Both the position numbers and the translations under genes were made by a program. 64,000 nucleotides of DNA from Porticoccaceae bacterium (GTDB taxonomy: Bacteria > Pseudomonadota > Gammaproteobacteria > Pseudomonadales > Porticoccaceae). Where the stretch lies: the NCBI GenBank assembly GCA_012960115.1, contig DUBX01000030.1, forward strand, positions 30,338-94,337. Direction: 5' to 3'. The notes below the pieces were generated by a model, which did not search any database, was not told the DNA's origin, and saw nothing but the letters and a program-made list of their open reading frames with translations. The number at the start of each line of letters is the position of its first letter. The first letter of the stretch is position 1. This document shows, piece by piece, positions 1 through 11,226 of this stretch.

Positions 1-820
1 AATCAATATCGGCATCGTCAAAAACAATAAAGGGCGCATTGCCCCCTAACTCCATTGACGTGCGCTTAACCGTGGCGGCACACTCGGCCATGAGTTGTTT
101 ACCCACCGGTGTTGACCCGGTGAAGGTTACTTTGCGAACCAGCGGATTACTGGTCAGCTCAGCACCAATCTCAGCGGTGCGACCAGTAAGGATGTTTACT
201 AACCCTGGCGGAAACCCCGCTCGTTCAGCCAGTACCATTAAGGCTAGCGCAGACAAAGGCGTCGCATTCGCAGGTTTGCACACCACCGCGCAACCTGCGG
301 CTATAGCTGGTGCGATTTTTCGCGTCAACATGGCATTAGGGAAGTTCCAAGGTGTAATACAGGCAACCACACCAACGGGTTGCTTGATGACCATGACGCG
401 TTTGTCGTTGGACGGCTGCGGGATGATATCGCCATAGACCCGCTTGGACTCCTCACTAAACCACTCTACATAGTTTGCCCCGTAGGCTATTTCTCCACGA
501 GACTCGGCCAAAGGCTTACCCTGCTCTGCCGTAAGAATCTGAGCTAAGTCTTCTTGATTTTCCATAATAAGGTTAAACCAACGACGCAATAATGCAGCTC
601 TTTCCTTAACCGTAGTTTTAGCCCAAGACTTCTGCACCACAGAAGCAGCCTCAATCATACGTCGTGTTTCAGCTGTACCACATTTACTGACTTTAGACAC
701 CAACTCTCCCGTTGCTGGATTAGTAACGTCTAGGGTTTCGGCACTGTCAGCGTCTACCCAATCACCATTAATAAAGGCCTGAGATACTATTAGACTATTG
801 TCTTTTAATTTGAGTGTCAT
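1..820 (-). CDS. gabD: NAD(P)-dependent succinate-semialdehyde dehydrogenase, N-terminal part (runs off the window edge; absent from the ORF track)
   Basis: Manual translation from ATG at 820: MTLKLKDNSLIVSQAFINGDW...ITPWNFPNAMLTRKIAPAIAAGC...KVTFTGSTPVGK...SMELGGNAPFIVFDDADID, all typical ALDH/GabD motifs. Confidence 0.88.
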   Translation of the reverse strand, partial: MTLKLKDNSLIVSQAFINGDWVDADSAETLDVTNPATGELVSKVSKCGTAETRRMIEAASVVQKSWAKTTVKERAALLRRWFNLIMENQEDLAQILTAEQGKPLAESRGEIAYGANYVEWFSEESKRVYGDIIPQPSNDKRVMVIKQPVGVVACITPWNFPNAMLTRKIAPAIAAGCAVVCKPANATPLSALALMVLAERAGFPPGLVNILTGRTAEIGAELTSNPLVRKVTFTGSTPVGKQLMAECAATVKRTSMELGGNAPFIVFDDADID

Positions 821-1084
821 TAGTTGGTCCAATTTTGGTTTTTATATAGTGTATGTGCTTGCATGGACAAAAAATAGAGCCAGTTAATACCTATTATGGA
901 CATCCGGTTACCTGCGCGGTGGCTTTAACGTGCAAAGCCTACATGTTATCCCGACAATATAAACGGCAAGTATCGTTGTCGCTATAACCCAATTTAGGTA
1001 GACCAGTACAGGATAAACCTAGGCTATCAGACGTCAATAAAAACCTGTAATCTTGATACTTAAATAGCGACTTTGATTGGAACT

Positions 1085-1642
1085 ATGCCTGACCCTCTGC
1101 TGTACTTTACAAACAATGGTTTACACACCCATTTGATTCTACCAAGCCAGGGGCTAAAGACATTAGTGCCTCAGCTATCCAAGTACTTTTTGGATGAACC
1201 GTGGTTGCAACTTGGCTGGGGCGACTTTGATTACTATGGGTCGGCAAAGCAGACTAAGCTATTGGGTTTTCGTGCGCTGTTTATGCCGACTAAGGCAATC
1301 ATAGGTGTGCGCAGTATCACGGATCTCACCAACGACTTTCATCCGCGGACGCGCATATATGCTATCCCTTTGCCCGAGACGGCTATGGACGCTACCTTGC
1401 TATTTATCAGTCGATATTTTCTGTTTAATGAATCAGATGATTTGACTGTCGTTCGCAAAAAAGCAACCGGAGAGCTTTTTTTTAGCGCTAGTGGCACCTA
1501 CAGTATTTTAAATACATGTAACAACTGGACAGCCTATGCGCTTAAAGAAGCTGGCTTGAAGATATCCCCAAAATTGACCATAGGGCCTGACCAAGTAGAA
1601 CGCAATGTAAGAAAAAACGGTTATTTAAGGACCCGAAAATAA
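1085..1642 (+). CDS. DUF2459-family protein
   Basis: NNGLHTHLILP, LQLGWGDFDYY and YSILNTCNNWTA motifs; ATG at 1085 preferred over TTG at 1073. Confidence 0.7.
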   Translation: MPDPLLYFTNNGLHTHLILPSQGLKTLVPQLSKYFLDEPWLQLGWGDFDYYGSAKQTKLLGFRALFMPTKAIIGVRSITDLTNDFHPRTRIYAIPLPETAMDATLLFISRYFLFNESDDLTVVRKKATGELFFSASGTYSILNTCNNWTAYALKEAGLKISPKLTIGPDQVERNVRKNGYLRTRK

Positions 1643-1669
1643 GCTTTGCTAAATGCATCGCTACACAGG

Positions 1670-2599
1670 TTAAGCATCCATCGCCTTGATAGGTTGCAGC
1701 CCTCGCCAAGTCAAACGATACACCGGTGCCTTCATCGCATCCATAGTGTCGGCAATGTCATGAAATAGACGACGATACCGATAGAATGGGACCCTTGGAA
1801 AGAGGTGATGAATAGAGTGGTAATTTTGGTAGCCCCACAGCACTGTTGCTACTGTAGAGAAAGGCCTGGGAATCACTATTGTGGATGTGTCGACATAGCG
1901 GCCCATAACGTCATGAGGCCGATGGACTATATAAGCGAAAGAATACACCAAGACAATAATGCCCAGCAATCCTGCAACCACAAATAACATGAGGCCTCGC
2001 CACCAACCTGCGATTAATTCAGGATCACCAGATCGCCACAGCACAATGAAAGGCAACACTCTAAGTAGCACTGTAAAAGCAATTTCAATAACAAAAGTAG
2101 CCTTCTTTCCCACTGTGGCTTTGGACCAATATCGTTGAGAATACAGCTCATATTGGATCGCTATAGCTCTCCAAGCAGTTTGCATCATATCTAGGGGGGA
2201 ACTGACGATGTTAGCAGAATAGCCGTCGGGATCTTTTTCCGCGTGATTTGTGTTTGCGTGATGCGTAAGGTGCTCAATGCGGTGGGCTGTCAGAGGGATT
2301 GCTAGAATAGTACCTGCAAGATACCCTAACCCATCGTTTACCCATTTCATTGACGTGTTATTTCCGTTGATACTGCCATGCACAGACTCGTGTAATACCG
2401 TATAGGCAGCATAAGTCAGCGCCACCATTGTCGGAATAGCCAGCCACAGGCTAAAGCCATTCAACAGGACTAGGTATGGAAGTGCCCAATAAGCAAGAAA
2501 TGACGTCAGTCCAATTAGCATGGTGGGCCAGGCTAGACCACAGTAGTAGTTCTTGGCTTTTTGGCTGGCAATTTTATTCAAGGCTGCAATATCGTCCAC
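1670..2599 (-). CDS. Membrane di-iron fatty acid desaturase / beta-carotene hydroxylase (CrtR-like) family protein
   Basis: His boxes HESVH, HRIEHLTHH, YIVHRPH and QNYHSIHHLFP; several hydrophobic helices. Confidence 0.75.
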   Translation of the reverse strand: MDDIAALNKIASQKAKNYYCGLAWPTMLIGLTSFLAYWALPYLVLLNGFSLWLAIPTMVALTYAAYTVLHESVHGSINGNNTSMKWVNDGLGYLAGTILAIPLTAHRIEHLTHHANTNHAEKDPDGYSANIVSSPLDMMQTAWRAIAIQYELYSQRYWSKATVGKKATFVIEIAFTVLLRVLPFIVLWRSGDPELIAGWWRGLMLFVVAGLLGIIVLVYSFAYIVHRPHDVMGRYVDTSTIVIPRPFSTVATVLWGYQNYHSIHHLFPRVPFYRYRRLFHDIADTMDAMKAPVYRLTWRGLQPIKAMDA

Positions 2600-2944
2600 G
2601 TTTTTATCCTTCTAAAAGTATCCAGCCTTAAAAAGGCTAATGTGCAAAAGTAGTGCTTTGCGTTGCCAGTTTTATTTCCACTTATGAAGAGATTATAGTT
2701 CACAGTCTATTCCTTAGGCGGGTTAAATCACGTCAACATAGGGCTCATTTATAGTCAAGCTAGAGTTCTTTTGCCATTAAAAACCGATGCGTGTCGTGCA
2801 CCTTTAGGTTTAGTTTAAGCAGGGAATAATTTTACCACTTGATTATATTTTACCAATACAACCACCACCCTATAGGGGTATAAGGCTTGCTGGGGTTAAG
2901 TCGTTACCCTGATTGACATAACATCCTCCAACCGCAGGTTTACC

Positions 2945-4354
2945 ATGAACATAGATGACAAAACGTATTTTGACCGGTTTGATACGGCAACGATTAACCG
3001 TCAAGACAAAGAGCATTTTCTGCATCCATTCCAAGTGTTTGATGTGTTTTCTGAGGAAGGCGCTCTGCCCATTGCGGCCGCACGTGATGCTTATATTTAT
3101 GATAGCGATGGACGTAAATATTTAGATGCTGTTGGTGGGCTATGGTGCACTAACATAGGGTTGGGCCGCGAAGAAATGGCCGATGCCATTGCTAATCAGG
3201 TACGTCAAATGGCCTACGCCAGCCCGTTTGTTGATATGACTAATATTCCTGCGGCGCAATTGAGCGCTAAGTTAGCTGAGTTAGCCCCAGGCGATCTAAA
3301 TCACGTTGCGCTATCTTGTGGTGGTTCAACCGCTATTGATACCGCCTATCGCTTGATCCATTTTTATCAGAACTGCCGCGGTAAGCATGATAAAAAACAT
3401 ATTATTTCGCGAGTCAATTCGTATCACGGGACAACCTATGCCGCAATGTCCATTGGCGGTAAACCGGGTGATCATCCTCCTGAGTTTGACTATATTCAGG
3501 ACACTATCCACCACATTTCTTGCCCTAATTTTTATCGCGCTGACGAAGGTATCAGCGAAGCTGACTTTCTCACCGCCAAACTTGCTGAGCTCGAAGATAA
3601 AATAAAAGAAGTTGGCCCTGATAAGGTTGCCGCGTTTTTTGCCGAACCGGTTTTTGGTGCCGGAGGCGTGATCATTCCACCTAAAGGTTATCACCGCGGA
3701 ACATGGGAAATTTGCCAGAAATACGATGTACTGTATGTTTCAGACGAAGTTGTAACCGCCTTTGGTCGACTTGGCCATTGGTTTGCGTCCAAAGAAGTTT
3801 TTGATTTTGAGCCTGATATTATCTGCTCAGCGAAGGGTCTTACCTCAGGGTATCAACCACTGGGAGCAACCATCTATTCAAGCAGTATCCATAACGTAAT
3901 CAGCGAACCGGGTCACGGGCGATGCTTTACCCATGGCTACACCTACTCAGGCCACCCCGTTGCCTGTGCCGCCGCACTGAAAAATATAGAAATTATCGAA
4001 CGAGAAGAGCTGTTGAAGCATGTTCGAGACATCGAACCCTATTTTCAGCAGCGCCTTAAGACGCTGAGTGACCTGCCGATTGTGGGGGATGTGCGAGGTA
4101 TTGGTTTAATGGCGTGTATAGAGTTTGTTAAAGATAAGGAAACCAAAGAGCTGTTCTCTGAAGAGCTTGATATTGGCAAGTGGGTATCCAACCAAGCGGA
4201 TAGTCGGGGGTTAATTGTTCGTCCGATCATCAATTTGAATGTAATGTCACCGCCATTAATTATTAATCGAGAACAAGTCGATTTTATCGTCGATACCCTG
4301 CGTGCTAGCATAGTCGCCTGCTTGGAAGATCTTCGTCTAGAAGGACAGCTTTAA
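2945..4354 (+). CDS. PLP-dependent class III (omega-amine) aminotransferase, SpuC/putrescine-pyruvate transaminase-like
   Basis: YLDAVGGLWCTNIG, SYHG, EPV, DEVVTAFGRLG, AKGLTSGY (PLP lysine), HGYTYSGHP. Confidence 0.9.
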   Translation: MNIDDKTYFDRFDTATINRQDKEHFLHPFQVFDVFSEEGALPIAAARDAYIYDSDGRKYLDAVGGLWCTNIGLGREEMADAIANQVRQMAYASPFVDMTNIPAAQLSAKLAELAPGDLNHVALSCGGSTAIDTAYRLIHFYQNCRGKHDKKHIISRVNSYHGTTYAAMSIGGKPGDHPPEFDYIQDTIHHISCPNFYRADEGISEADFLTAKLAELEDKIKEVGPDKVAAFFAEPVFGAGGVIIPPKGYHRGTWEICQKYDVLYVSDEVVTAFGRLGHWFASKEVFDFEPDIICSAKGLTSGYQPLGATIYSSSIHNVISEPGHGRCFTHGYTYSGHPVACAAALKNIEIIEREELLKHVRDIEPYFQQRLKTLSDLPIVGDVRGIGLMACIEFVKDKETKELFSEELDIGKWVSNQADSRGLIVRPIINLNVMSPPLIINREQVDFIVDTLRASIVACLEDLRLEGQL

Positions 4355-4380
4355 TGCTGTAGACTTTTTTAGGGTCTCCC

Positions 4381-4408
4381 ATTGATATTCTAGACGCAGA
4401 CCCCATCT
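4381..4408 (+). promoter_or_regulatory. Putative sigma-32 (RpoH) promoter of hslVU
   Basis: ATTGAT-N14-CCCCATCT against consensus CTTGAA-N13-17-CCCCATNT, just upstream of a canonical heat-shock operon. Confidence 0.65.
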
Positions 4409-4437
4409 GATAGGTTAACCATCAAAGGAGTTTAGCT

Positions 4438-4983
4438 TTGGAACAGTATCGTGGAACAACCATCCTCTCTGTGAGGCGCAACGGGAAAGTCGTGATCGGC
4501 GGTGATGGTCAAGTTAGTCTCGGCAACACTATAATGAAAGGCAATGCTCGTAAAGTACGACGCCTGCACAATGATCAAGTCATTGCTGGCTTTGCCGGCG
4601 GCACTGCTGATGCATTCACTCTATTTGAGCGATTCGAAGCCAAATTGGACCAGCATCAAGGGAACTTGACTCGCGCTGCCGTAGAACTTGCCAAAGATTG
4701 GCGCACCGATCGAATGCTACGCAAATTAGAAGCTCTTTTGGCCGTCGCGGACAGCGAGGCATCATTGATCATTACGGGCAATGGCGACGTCATTCAACCG
4801 GAAGATGATCTTATTGCTATCGGCTCGGGTGGACCATTTGCTCAATCTGCTGCTCGCGCTCTGCTGGAAAATACTGAACTAGACGCAAGAACGATTGTTG
4901 AGCAAGGCTTGAAAATCGCTGGTGATATTTGCATCTACACCAACCACAACAGAACTATTGAAGAGTTAGACTCTAAGGTTTAA
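4438..4983 (+). CDS. hslV: ATP-dependent protease subunit HslV
   Basis: TTILSVRR (N-terminal Thr nucleophile), [23 protein letters not shown]; TTG start after AAGGAG. Confidence 0.97.
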   Translation: MEQYRGTTILSVRRNGKVVIGGDGQVSLGNTIMKGNARKVRRLHNDQVIAGFAGGTADAFTLFERFEAKLDQHQGNLTRAAVELAKDWRTDRMLRKLEALLAVADSEASLIITGNGDVIQPEDDLIAIGSGGPFAQSAARALLENTELDARTIVEQGLKIAGDICIYTNHNRTIEELDSKV

Positions 4984-4995
4984 TTAGGATTTATT

Positions 4996-6324
4996 ATGTC
5001 TCAAATGACTCCCCGTGAAATTGTACATGAGCTCAATCGTCATATTATTGGTCAGGACAATGCAAAACGAGCCGTCGCTATAGCTCTGCGTAATCGGTGG
5101 CGTCGATCGCAACTTGATGACGAGATGCGTAACGAAGTTACGCCAAAAAACATCCTTATGATTGGCCCCACCGGGGTCGGTAAAACAGAAATCGCTCGTC
5201 GTCTGGCTCGGCTTGCAAATGCGCCTTTTGTTAAGGTCGAAGCCACTAAATTTACCGAGGTGGGGTATGTAGGTAAGGACGTCGATTCAATTATCAGGGA
5301 CCTGGTTGAAACCTCGGTTAAACAATGTCGTGAAAGCGAGATGGCTAAGGTAGAACAGCGTGCTATGGATGCCGCTGAAGAGAGAGTACTGGATGCCCTG
5401 CTCCCGCCAGCAAGAAACACAGAAGGCAAGGAAGAAACCGGCTCTACTACCCGCCAAGTATTCCGTAAAAAATTACGTGAGGGTGCTTTGAATGATAAGG
5501 AAATTGAAATTGAGATAAGTCAGACGCCCGTTGGCGTTGAAATTATGGCTCCTCCCGGAATGGAAGAAATGACATCTCAGTTGCAGAACATGTTCAGTTC
5601 TATGGGCAAGGGGAAAACCGCTAGCCGTAAGATCACTGTAGCCGATGCGTTAAAGCACTTGAAAGAAGAAGAAGCGGCAAAATTAGTCAATGAAGAAGAT
5701 ATAAAAACAATCGCTGTTGAAGCTGCCGAACAAAATGGCATCGTATTTCTTGATGAAATCGACAAGGTCTGCCGTCGCGGTGAGACTACCGGAGCGGATG
5801 TATCGCGTGAAGGCGTGCAAAGGGATCTGCTGCCATTAATTGAAGGCTGTACAGTATCGACCAAATTCGGAATGATTAAGACTGACCATATCTTATTTAT
5901 TGCCTCTGGCGCCTTTCATCTTTCTAAGCCATCGGATCTTATTCCGGAGCTCCAAGGGCGGTTGCCCATTCGAGTTGAACTTAACGCTCTCAAAATTGGG
6001 GATCTTGAACGCATTTTAATCGAACCCAAGGCATCGCTAACGAAGCAATACGTCGAATTAATGTCAACTGAAGGACTTTCTATTAAGTTCACCAAAGAAG
6101 GTATCCGGCGCATCGCTGAAATCGCTTTTGAGGTTAACGAGGGTACCGAAAATATTGGTGCAAGGCGTTTACATACAATTTTAGAACGACTGCTTGAGGA
6201 AATTTCTTTCGACGCCTCAGACCTAGGCGCAACAGCTGAGTCGATCACCATCGATAGCGCATTTGTTGAGAAACATCTGGGTGAACTTGCCAGCGACGAA
6301 GATTTAACCCGCTTCATTTTGTAA
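4996..6324 (+). CDS. hslU: ATP-dependent protease ATPase subunit HslU
   Basis: [34 protein letters not shown]. Confidence 0.97.
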   Translation: MSQMTPREIVHELNRHIIGQDNAKRAVAIALRNRWRRSQLDDEMRNEVTPKNILMIGPTGVGKTEIARRLARLANAPFVKVEATKFTEVGYVGKDVDSIIRDLVETSVKQCRESEMAKVEQRAMDAAEERVLDALLPPARNTEGKEETGSTTRQVFRKKLREGALNDKEIEIEISQTPVGVEIMAPPGMEEMTSQLQNMFSSMGKGKTASRKITVADALKHLKEEEAAKLVNEEDIKTIAVEAAEQNGIVFLDEIDKVCRRGETTGADVSREGVQRDLLPLIEGCTVSTKFGMIKTDHILFIASGAFHLSKPSDLIPELQGRLPIRVELNALKIGDLERILIEPKASLTKQYVELMSTEGLSIKFTKEGIRRIAEIAFEVNEGTENIGARRLHTILERLLEEISFDASDLGATAESITIDSAFVEKHLGELASDEDLTRFIL

Positions 6325-6353
6325 TCAAATGAAGTCATAGAGAGTACTTAGCC

Positions 6354-6734
6354 ATGCCAACGCCAACCCGAGTTCTGGTGACCGAGGCCAAAGATGCAAT
6401 CAAATTGGAGTATGGATCTGATGGCCAACATAAGCTCCCCGCTGAATACTTGAGAGTCTTCTCCCCAAGTGCGGAGGTTCGTGGCCACGGAAAAGGACAA
6501 GAGGTTTTGCAGTTTGGGAAGCTCAATGTACTTATCCAATCCATAGAAAAGGCTGGCAACTATGCCATTCAAATTACCTTTGACGACGGTCACGATTCAG
6601 GGATCTTCTCCTGGGATTATCTTTTCGAGTTGGGTGAAAACTATACTGATAACTGGATTGGCTATCTCGGCCGCCTCCATGAGGCGGGTGAGTCTCGTGA
6701 CCCAGAAACTCAAGTCGTACGATTCTCCAGTTAG
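6354..6734 (+). CDS. DUF971 / gamma-butyrobetaine hydroxylase-like domain protein
   Basis: LPAEYLRVFSPSAEVRGHG, GNYA, FDDGHDSGIFSW; conserved position after hslU. Confidence 0.85.
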   Translation: MPTPTRVLVTEAKDAIKLEYGSDGQHKLPAEYLRVFSPSAEVRGHGKGQEVLQFGKLNVLIQSIEKAGNYAIQITFDDGHDSGIFSWDYLFELGENYTDNWIGYLGRLHEAGESRDPETQVVRFSS

Positions 6735-6876
6735 AGCCCATGACCCTCAGCGGCTTATTGGGCAGACCGAACTATTACCAACGACAGGCATCTAGCTTAT
6801 TTTATACCCTGCCGAATACCCAAACACCGCAACTAAAGCTACAATACTCGCCCAGCAAATGTAGACTCTAAATGTC

Positions 6877-7623
6877 ATGGATCAGAAAACAACGCATTTT
6901 GGATACAAAACCGTCAACGTTGAAGAAAAGGCCGGCAAAGTTGCTGACGTTTTTCACTCGGTCGCCAGCAACTATGACCTGATGAATGATCTCATGTCCG
7001 CTGGTGTGCATCGACTGTGGAAGCGAATGACCATCGAGATGTCAGGTGTACGCTCCGGTAACAAGGTATTGGATATCGCTGGTGGCACCGGAGACCTTGC
7101 CGCTAAATTTTCTCGAATAGTCGGCAAGGATGGCTATGTAGTCTTAGCTGATATCAACGAATCTATGCTTAAAGTTGGGCGAGATCGACTAATGGATCTA
7201 GGCGTCGTAGACAATGTTAAATTTTCTCAGTCCGATGCTCAACATCTACCTTTCCCAGACAACACCTTTGATATTATTACCATCGCCTTTGGGCTGCGTA
7301 ATGTGACCGATAAAGAGCTGGCGCTGAAGTCCATGTTGCGTGTTTTAAAACCAGGTGGCCGACTGCTGGTCCTAGAATTTTCAAAGCCGGGAAATCCGGT
7401 GCTATCTAAAATCTATGACACCTATTCCTTTAGCATACTGCCTAAGCTTGGCAAATTGTTTGCCGATGATGCAGAGAGCTACCAATATCTAGCCGAATCT
7501 ATAAGAATGCATCCAGATCAACAAACGCTCATGGGTATGATGAATGACGTTGGATTTGCTAATACTGACTTTCATAATATGACCGGCGGTGTAGTCGCTC
7601 TGCATCGTGGAGTGAAACCTTAG
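6877..7623 (+). CDS. ubiE: Ubiquinone/menaquinone C-methyltransferase UbiE
   Basis: [43 protein letters not shown]. Confidence 0.96.
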   Translation: MDQKTTHFGYKTVNVEEKAGKVADVFHSVASNYDLMNDLMSAGVHRLWKRMTIEMSGVRSGNKVLDIAGGTGDLAAKFSRIVGKDGYVVLADINESMLKVGRDRLMDLGVVDNVKFSQSDAQHLPFPDNTFDIITIAFGLRNVTDKELALKSMLRVLKPGGRLLVLEFSKPGNPVLSKIYDTYSFSILPKLGKLFADDAESYQYLAESIRMHPDQQTLMGMMNDVGFANTDFHNMTGGVVALHRGVKP

Positions 7624-7625
7624 TC

Positions 7626-8270
7626 ATGCTGGCCGTCATGCAGAAAACGGCTCTAGAGGGTGTCGAGCGTCTAATTAATAGCGCCTTGGAATACGATCCT
7701 GTATCCGCAAAGTCTCTGATTCATTTGGACGGCCAAATTATACGCATAGATAGCACAATGCCTCCGATCTCAATATCAATAGAACCTGTAGGTCAGGGTG
7801 TCAAACTCCACAGTGAGCGACAAGAAGATAGCGATGTAACCGTTGAAGGGACCTTAGTATCTATGGTGGGCGTGGCATTGAACTCCAAAGAATTGATGTC
7901 TTTTTCGGGAACTGGAGTCAAGGTTAGTGGTAATTTAGACACTCTGAATCAATTAAATAAGATCATTGGCAATCTCGATATTGATTGGGAGGGCGCTCTG
8001 GCTCAGATCATTGGAGACTTACCCGCTCATCTGTTCGCCAAAACTGTGCGTAACTCTGCCGCGTTCAAAACGGAGGCTACAGCCAGAGCAACCTCGGCTA
8101 TAGTTGAGGTTGCGCAAGAAGAGTTCCAGTTAACACCCAGTAAGAACGAATTTGAGACCATAGGCCCACAAATTAGACGCCTGTCCTCAGACGTCGATCG
8201 TTTAACGGCCAAAGTGAAAAAGTTTCAGGTGAAAGTGAATCAACACATCTCAGCAAAGGTCGCCTCGTAA
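7626..8270 (+). CDS. ubiJ: Ubiquinone biosynthesis accessory factor UbiJ (SCP2 domain)
   Basis: Located between ubiE and ubiB; [15 protein letters not shown] motif; coiled-coil C-terminus. Confidence 0.85.
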   Translation: MLAVMQKTALEGVERLINSALEYDPVSAKSLIHLDGQIIRIDSTMPPISISIEPVGQGVKLHSERQEDSDVTVEGTLVSMVGVALNSKELMSFSGTGVKVSGNLDTLNQLNKIIGNLDIDWEGALAQIIGDLPAHLFAKTVRNSAAFKTEATARATSAIVEVAQEEFQLTPSKNEFETIGPQIRRLSSDVDRLTAKVKKFQVKVNQHISAKVAS

Positions 8271-9883
8271 TGCGCCTGCGACGTATCGGAAAAATTATTA
8301 AAGTCGTAGGCAAATACCGGCTAGATCAGCTATTGGACAAACAACAATTACCGTTGGGGGTTCGTGTTTTACTATCTCCAGCCGTCCTTTTTGGGAACGC
8401 TAAGGGAACTCGCGGCGAGCGATTACGACAGGCACTGGAAGAGCTAGGTCCCATTTTCGTTAAATTTGGTCAATTACTCTCCACGAGACCAGACTTGGTG
8501 CCTGACGATATCAGTGAAGAGTTATCCATCCTCCAAGATAATGTACCGCCATTTTCTTCTGCCCTATTTAAGAAAAACATTGAAACTGCTCTAGGTGGCC
8601 AAGTAGAAGATCTTTTTGACAGTTTTGAAAAAGATCCATTAGCCTCAGCTTCCGTGGCACAGGTGCATGGTGCCGTTTTAAAAAATGGGCAAAGAGTAGT
8701 GATCAAAGCCGTTCGCCCAGGTATCGAGCAAACGATTAGAAAAGATTTGGCCCTGCTTTATACCTTGGCCAGATTAGTGCTGAAATACAGTGTAGACGGA
8801 CAAAGACTTCATCCAGTAGAGGTGGTCAAAGACTATGAGTCGGTCATTACTGAAGAGTTGAATCTGCAATCTGAAGGCGCCAATGCGTCCCTTTTACGTC
8901 ATAACTTCACCGACTCCCCGTTGTTGCACGTACCAGAAATACACTGGTCTTACTCCAACAAAGATGTGCTTGTCATGGAGAGGATTCAAGGTATTCCGGT
9001 GACGGATATAGCGCAACTAAAGGCATCTGGGGTTGATTTTAAGCTGCTTGCCGAACGTGGTGTAGAAATATTTTTTACTCAGGTGTTCGAGCATAATTTT
9101 TTCCATGCAGATATGCATCCGGGTAATATTTTTGTCGATGTGACCGATCCAGCCTCACCCAGTTACATTGCCGTAGACTGCGCGATCATGGGCTCGCTCT
9201 CCAGCGAAGACCAGTTTTATATGGCGCGAAATCTACTCGCTATGTTTCAACGAGACTATCGATTGGTAGCCGAACTACATATTCGCTCTGGATGGGTTCC
9301 TAAAAATACGCCGATCAACGAATTTACCGGGGCGATACGATCTGTCTGCGAACCTATTTTTCAGCGCCCACTTAGCGAAATTTCTCTCGGACATATGCTG
9401 ATAGACCTTTTTGCTACGGCACGACGGTTTGATATGGAAGTCCAACCTTCCTTGGTTTTATTGCAAAAAACGTTGCTTAATATCGAGGGACTCGGTCGTC
9501 AGCTGTACCCCGAACTTGATCTTTGGCAGACAGCACAACCCTATTTAGAAAAATGGTTAAAAGATCGTTATTCGCCAAAAAGCATTTTTAAACAATTCCA
9601 GCGTTATGTGCCCGATTGGTTAGAGCATCTCCCTGAAATACCACCGATGATATTTCAAGCTCTCAAGGCAGCCCAGCAGAACAACGCTCAGCCTTCGCAT
9701 GACAGCCCAGATCTTGTTAAACCGTCATCTGGGCGCTCTAGACATTTGACTATCATCGGTGTTGTAGCCATTGCTGCTGCCGCGGGACTTGCGTTGCCCC
9801 TATGGGCTGGATCTCTTACCCATTTATCAACTGTCAGCGGTATTCTTGCAGGTGTCGGGCTCGTCATTCTAGCTCTGCGCTAG
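8270..9883 (+). CDS. ubiB: Ubiquinone biosynthesis kinase-like protein UbiB
   Basis: [52 protein letters not shown]. Confidence 0.96.
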   Translation: MRLRRIGKIIKVVGKYRLDQLLDKQQLPLGVRVLLSPAVLFGNAKGTRGERLRQALEELGPIFVKFGQLLSTRPDLVPDDISEELSILQDNVPPFSSALFKKNIETALGGQVEDLFDSFEKDPLASASVAQVHGAVLKNGQRVVIKAVRPGIEQTIRKDLALLYTLARLVLKYSVDGQRLHPVEVVKDYESVITEELNLQSEGANASLLRHNFTDSPLLHVPEIHWSYSNKDVLVMERIQGIPVTDIAQLKASGVDFKLLAERGVEIFFTQVFEHNFFHADMHPGNIFVDVTDPASPSYIAVDCAIMGSLSSEDQFYMARNLLAMFQRDYRLVAELHIRSGWVPKNTPINEFTGAIRSVCEPIFQRPLSEISLGHMLIDLFATARRFDMEVQPSLVLLQKTLLNIEGLGRQLYPELDLWQTAQPYLEKWLKDRYSPKSIFKQFQRYVPDWLEHLPEIPPMIFQALKAAQQNNAQPSHDSPDLVKPSSGRSRHLTIIGVVAIAAAAGLALPLWAGSLTHLSTVSGILAGVGLVILALR

Positions 9884-9956
9884 TTGCCACTTTAGTTCAC
9901 GCTCAACAACTGCCATAATTAGAGCCTCATTCCTTTTTAGTAATTGGTACTATTCA

Positions 9957-10334
9957 ATGAGTTACATTGACGACATCGGTTGGAACAGCGATGGATTGAT
10001 ACCCGCTATCGCGCAAGACGCCGATACAGGACTCATAATGATGGTCGCTTGGATGAATCGCGAGGCCTTAGAACTCACTGTTGAAGAAAACAGGGCTGTT
10101 TATTGGTCTCGTTCACGTCAGAAATTATGGCGAAAAGGAGAACAGTCAGGTCACGAGCAGCAATTACTAGAGCTGCGGTTGGACTGTGATAACGATGTAA
10201 TTATACTCAAGGTTAACCAAATTGGTGGCCTAGCCTGTCATACGGGCAGAGCATCTTGCTTTTATCGCGTACTGCGCGATGGCCAGTGGCAAATAGTCGA
10301 TAGAGTAATTAAAGATCCACAGGATATTTATTAA
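9957..10334 (+). CDS. hisI: Phosphoribosyl-AMP cyclohydrolase
   Basis: [34 protein letters not shown]. Confidence 0.95.
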   Translation: MSYIDDIGWNSDGLIPAIAQDADTGLIMMVAWMNREALELTVEENRAVYWSRSRQKLWRKGEQSGHEQQLLELRLDCDNDVIILKVNQIGGLACHTGRASCFYRVLRDGQWQIVDRVIKDPQDIY

Positions 10335-10672
10335 TGAGTGATTCGGTCTTAAATACATTGTCCCAGGTGATAGAACAGCGCAAAAATGCGTCTGCTGAAA
10401 GCTCTTATGTGGCCAGCTTACATAAAGGGGGTCTTAATGAAATCCTCAAAAAAGTGGGCGAGGAATCAACAGAAACTATATTGGCCGCCAAAGATGCCGC
10501 GCAGAGCGGCAATAATGAACAATTAATCTACGAAACGGCTGATTTATGGTTTCACTCCTTGGTCATGCTATCTAACTTGGGCGAAAATGCAGAATCTGTT
10601 ATAAGTGAACTACAACGAAGATTTGACTTATCCGGCCTTGAAGAAAAGGCTCAACGCACCAAACACAAATAG
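10334..10672 (+). CDS. hisE: Phosphoribosyl-ATP pyrophosphatase
   Basis: [33 protein letters not shown]. Confidence 0.95.
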   Translation: MSDSVLNTLSQVIEQRKNASAESSYVASLHKGGLNEILKKVGEESTETILAAKDAAQSGNNEQLIYETADLWFHSLVMLSNLGENAESVISELQRRFDLSGLEEKAQRTKHK

Positions 10673-10684
10673 AACAGGAGATAC

Positions 10685-10897
10685 GTGATGGGTTTTGGAT
10701 GGCAAGAATTACTAATCATTTTAGTCATAGTAGCGCTGATTTTTGGTACGAAAAAACTACGTAACATTGGCTCTGACGTCGGTGGCGCAGTAAAAGGATT
10801 TAAAGACTCAATGTCCAATGATACCGCAGACTCAGTCGATACTGACTCAGTGGAAAAGTCTGAAGAGCACGCCGAGTCCTCTGATCAAAAAGACTAA
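10685..10897 (+). CDS. tatA: Tat translocase subunit TatA
   Basis: [32 protein letters not shown]. Confidence 0.95.
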   Translation: MMGFGWQELLIILVIVALIFGTKKLRNIGSDVGGAVKGFKDSMSNDTADSVDTDSVEKSEEHAESSDQKD

Positions 10898-10932
10898 AAC
10901 AAATTCATTTAACAAAGTGCTGATTTGCGACT

Positions 10933-11226
10933 ATGTTTGATATTGGCTTTTCTGAAATTATGGTCGTAGCTATGATTAGCCTTATCATCATGGGGCCTGA
11001 AAGACTCCCAGAAACTGTGCGAACCATAACCCTATGGCTTGGTCGGTTACGTCAATTTGTCTCAAGTGCTCGTTCAGAGTTAGAAGACGAAGTTGGCGTC
11101 GACGAGATTCGTCGACAGTTGCGTAACGAAAAAATCATGCGTGACTTAGAAAAATCTAAAGATGAACTGGCTGGTTTAACTGAGGATATAACTAAAATTA
11201 GTCAGCCCGAGAGTAAAAATGACTGA
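10933..11226 (+). CDS. tatB: Tat translocase subunit TatB (short)
   Basis: MFDIGFSE...GPERLP. Confidence 0.95.
   Translation: MFDIGFSEIMVVAMISLIIMGPERLPETVRTITLWLGRLRQFVSSARSELEDEVGVDEIRRQLRNEKIMRDLEKSKDELAGLTEDITKISQPESKND

Noticed and set aside
39-437. 132-aa plus-strand ORF
   Set aside because: Antisense shadow of gabD, which reads in an open frame from 820 to the window edge
2624-2638. AGCCTT-AAA-AAGGCT palindrome before the desaturase as a FabR/DesT operator
   Set aside because: Does not resemble the FabR/DesT consensus as I recall it; insufficient support
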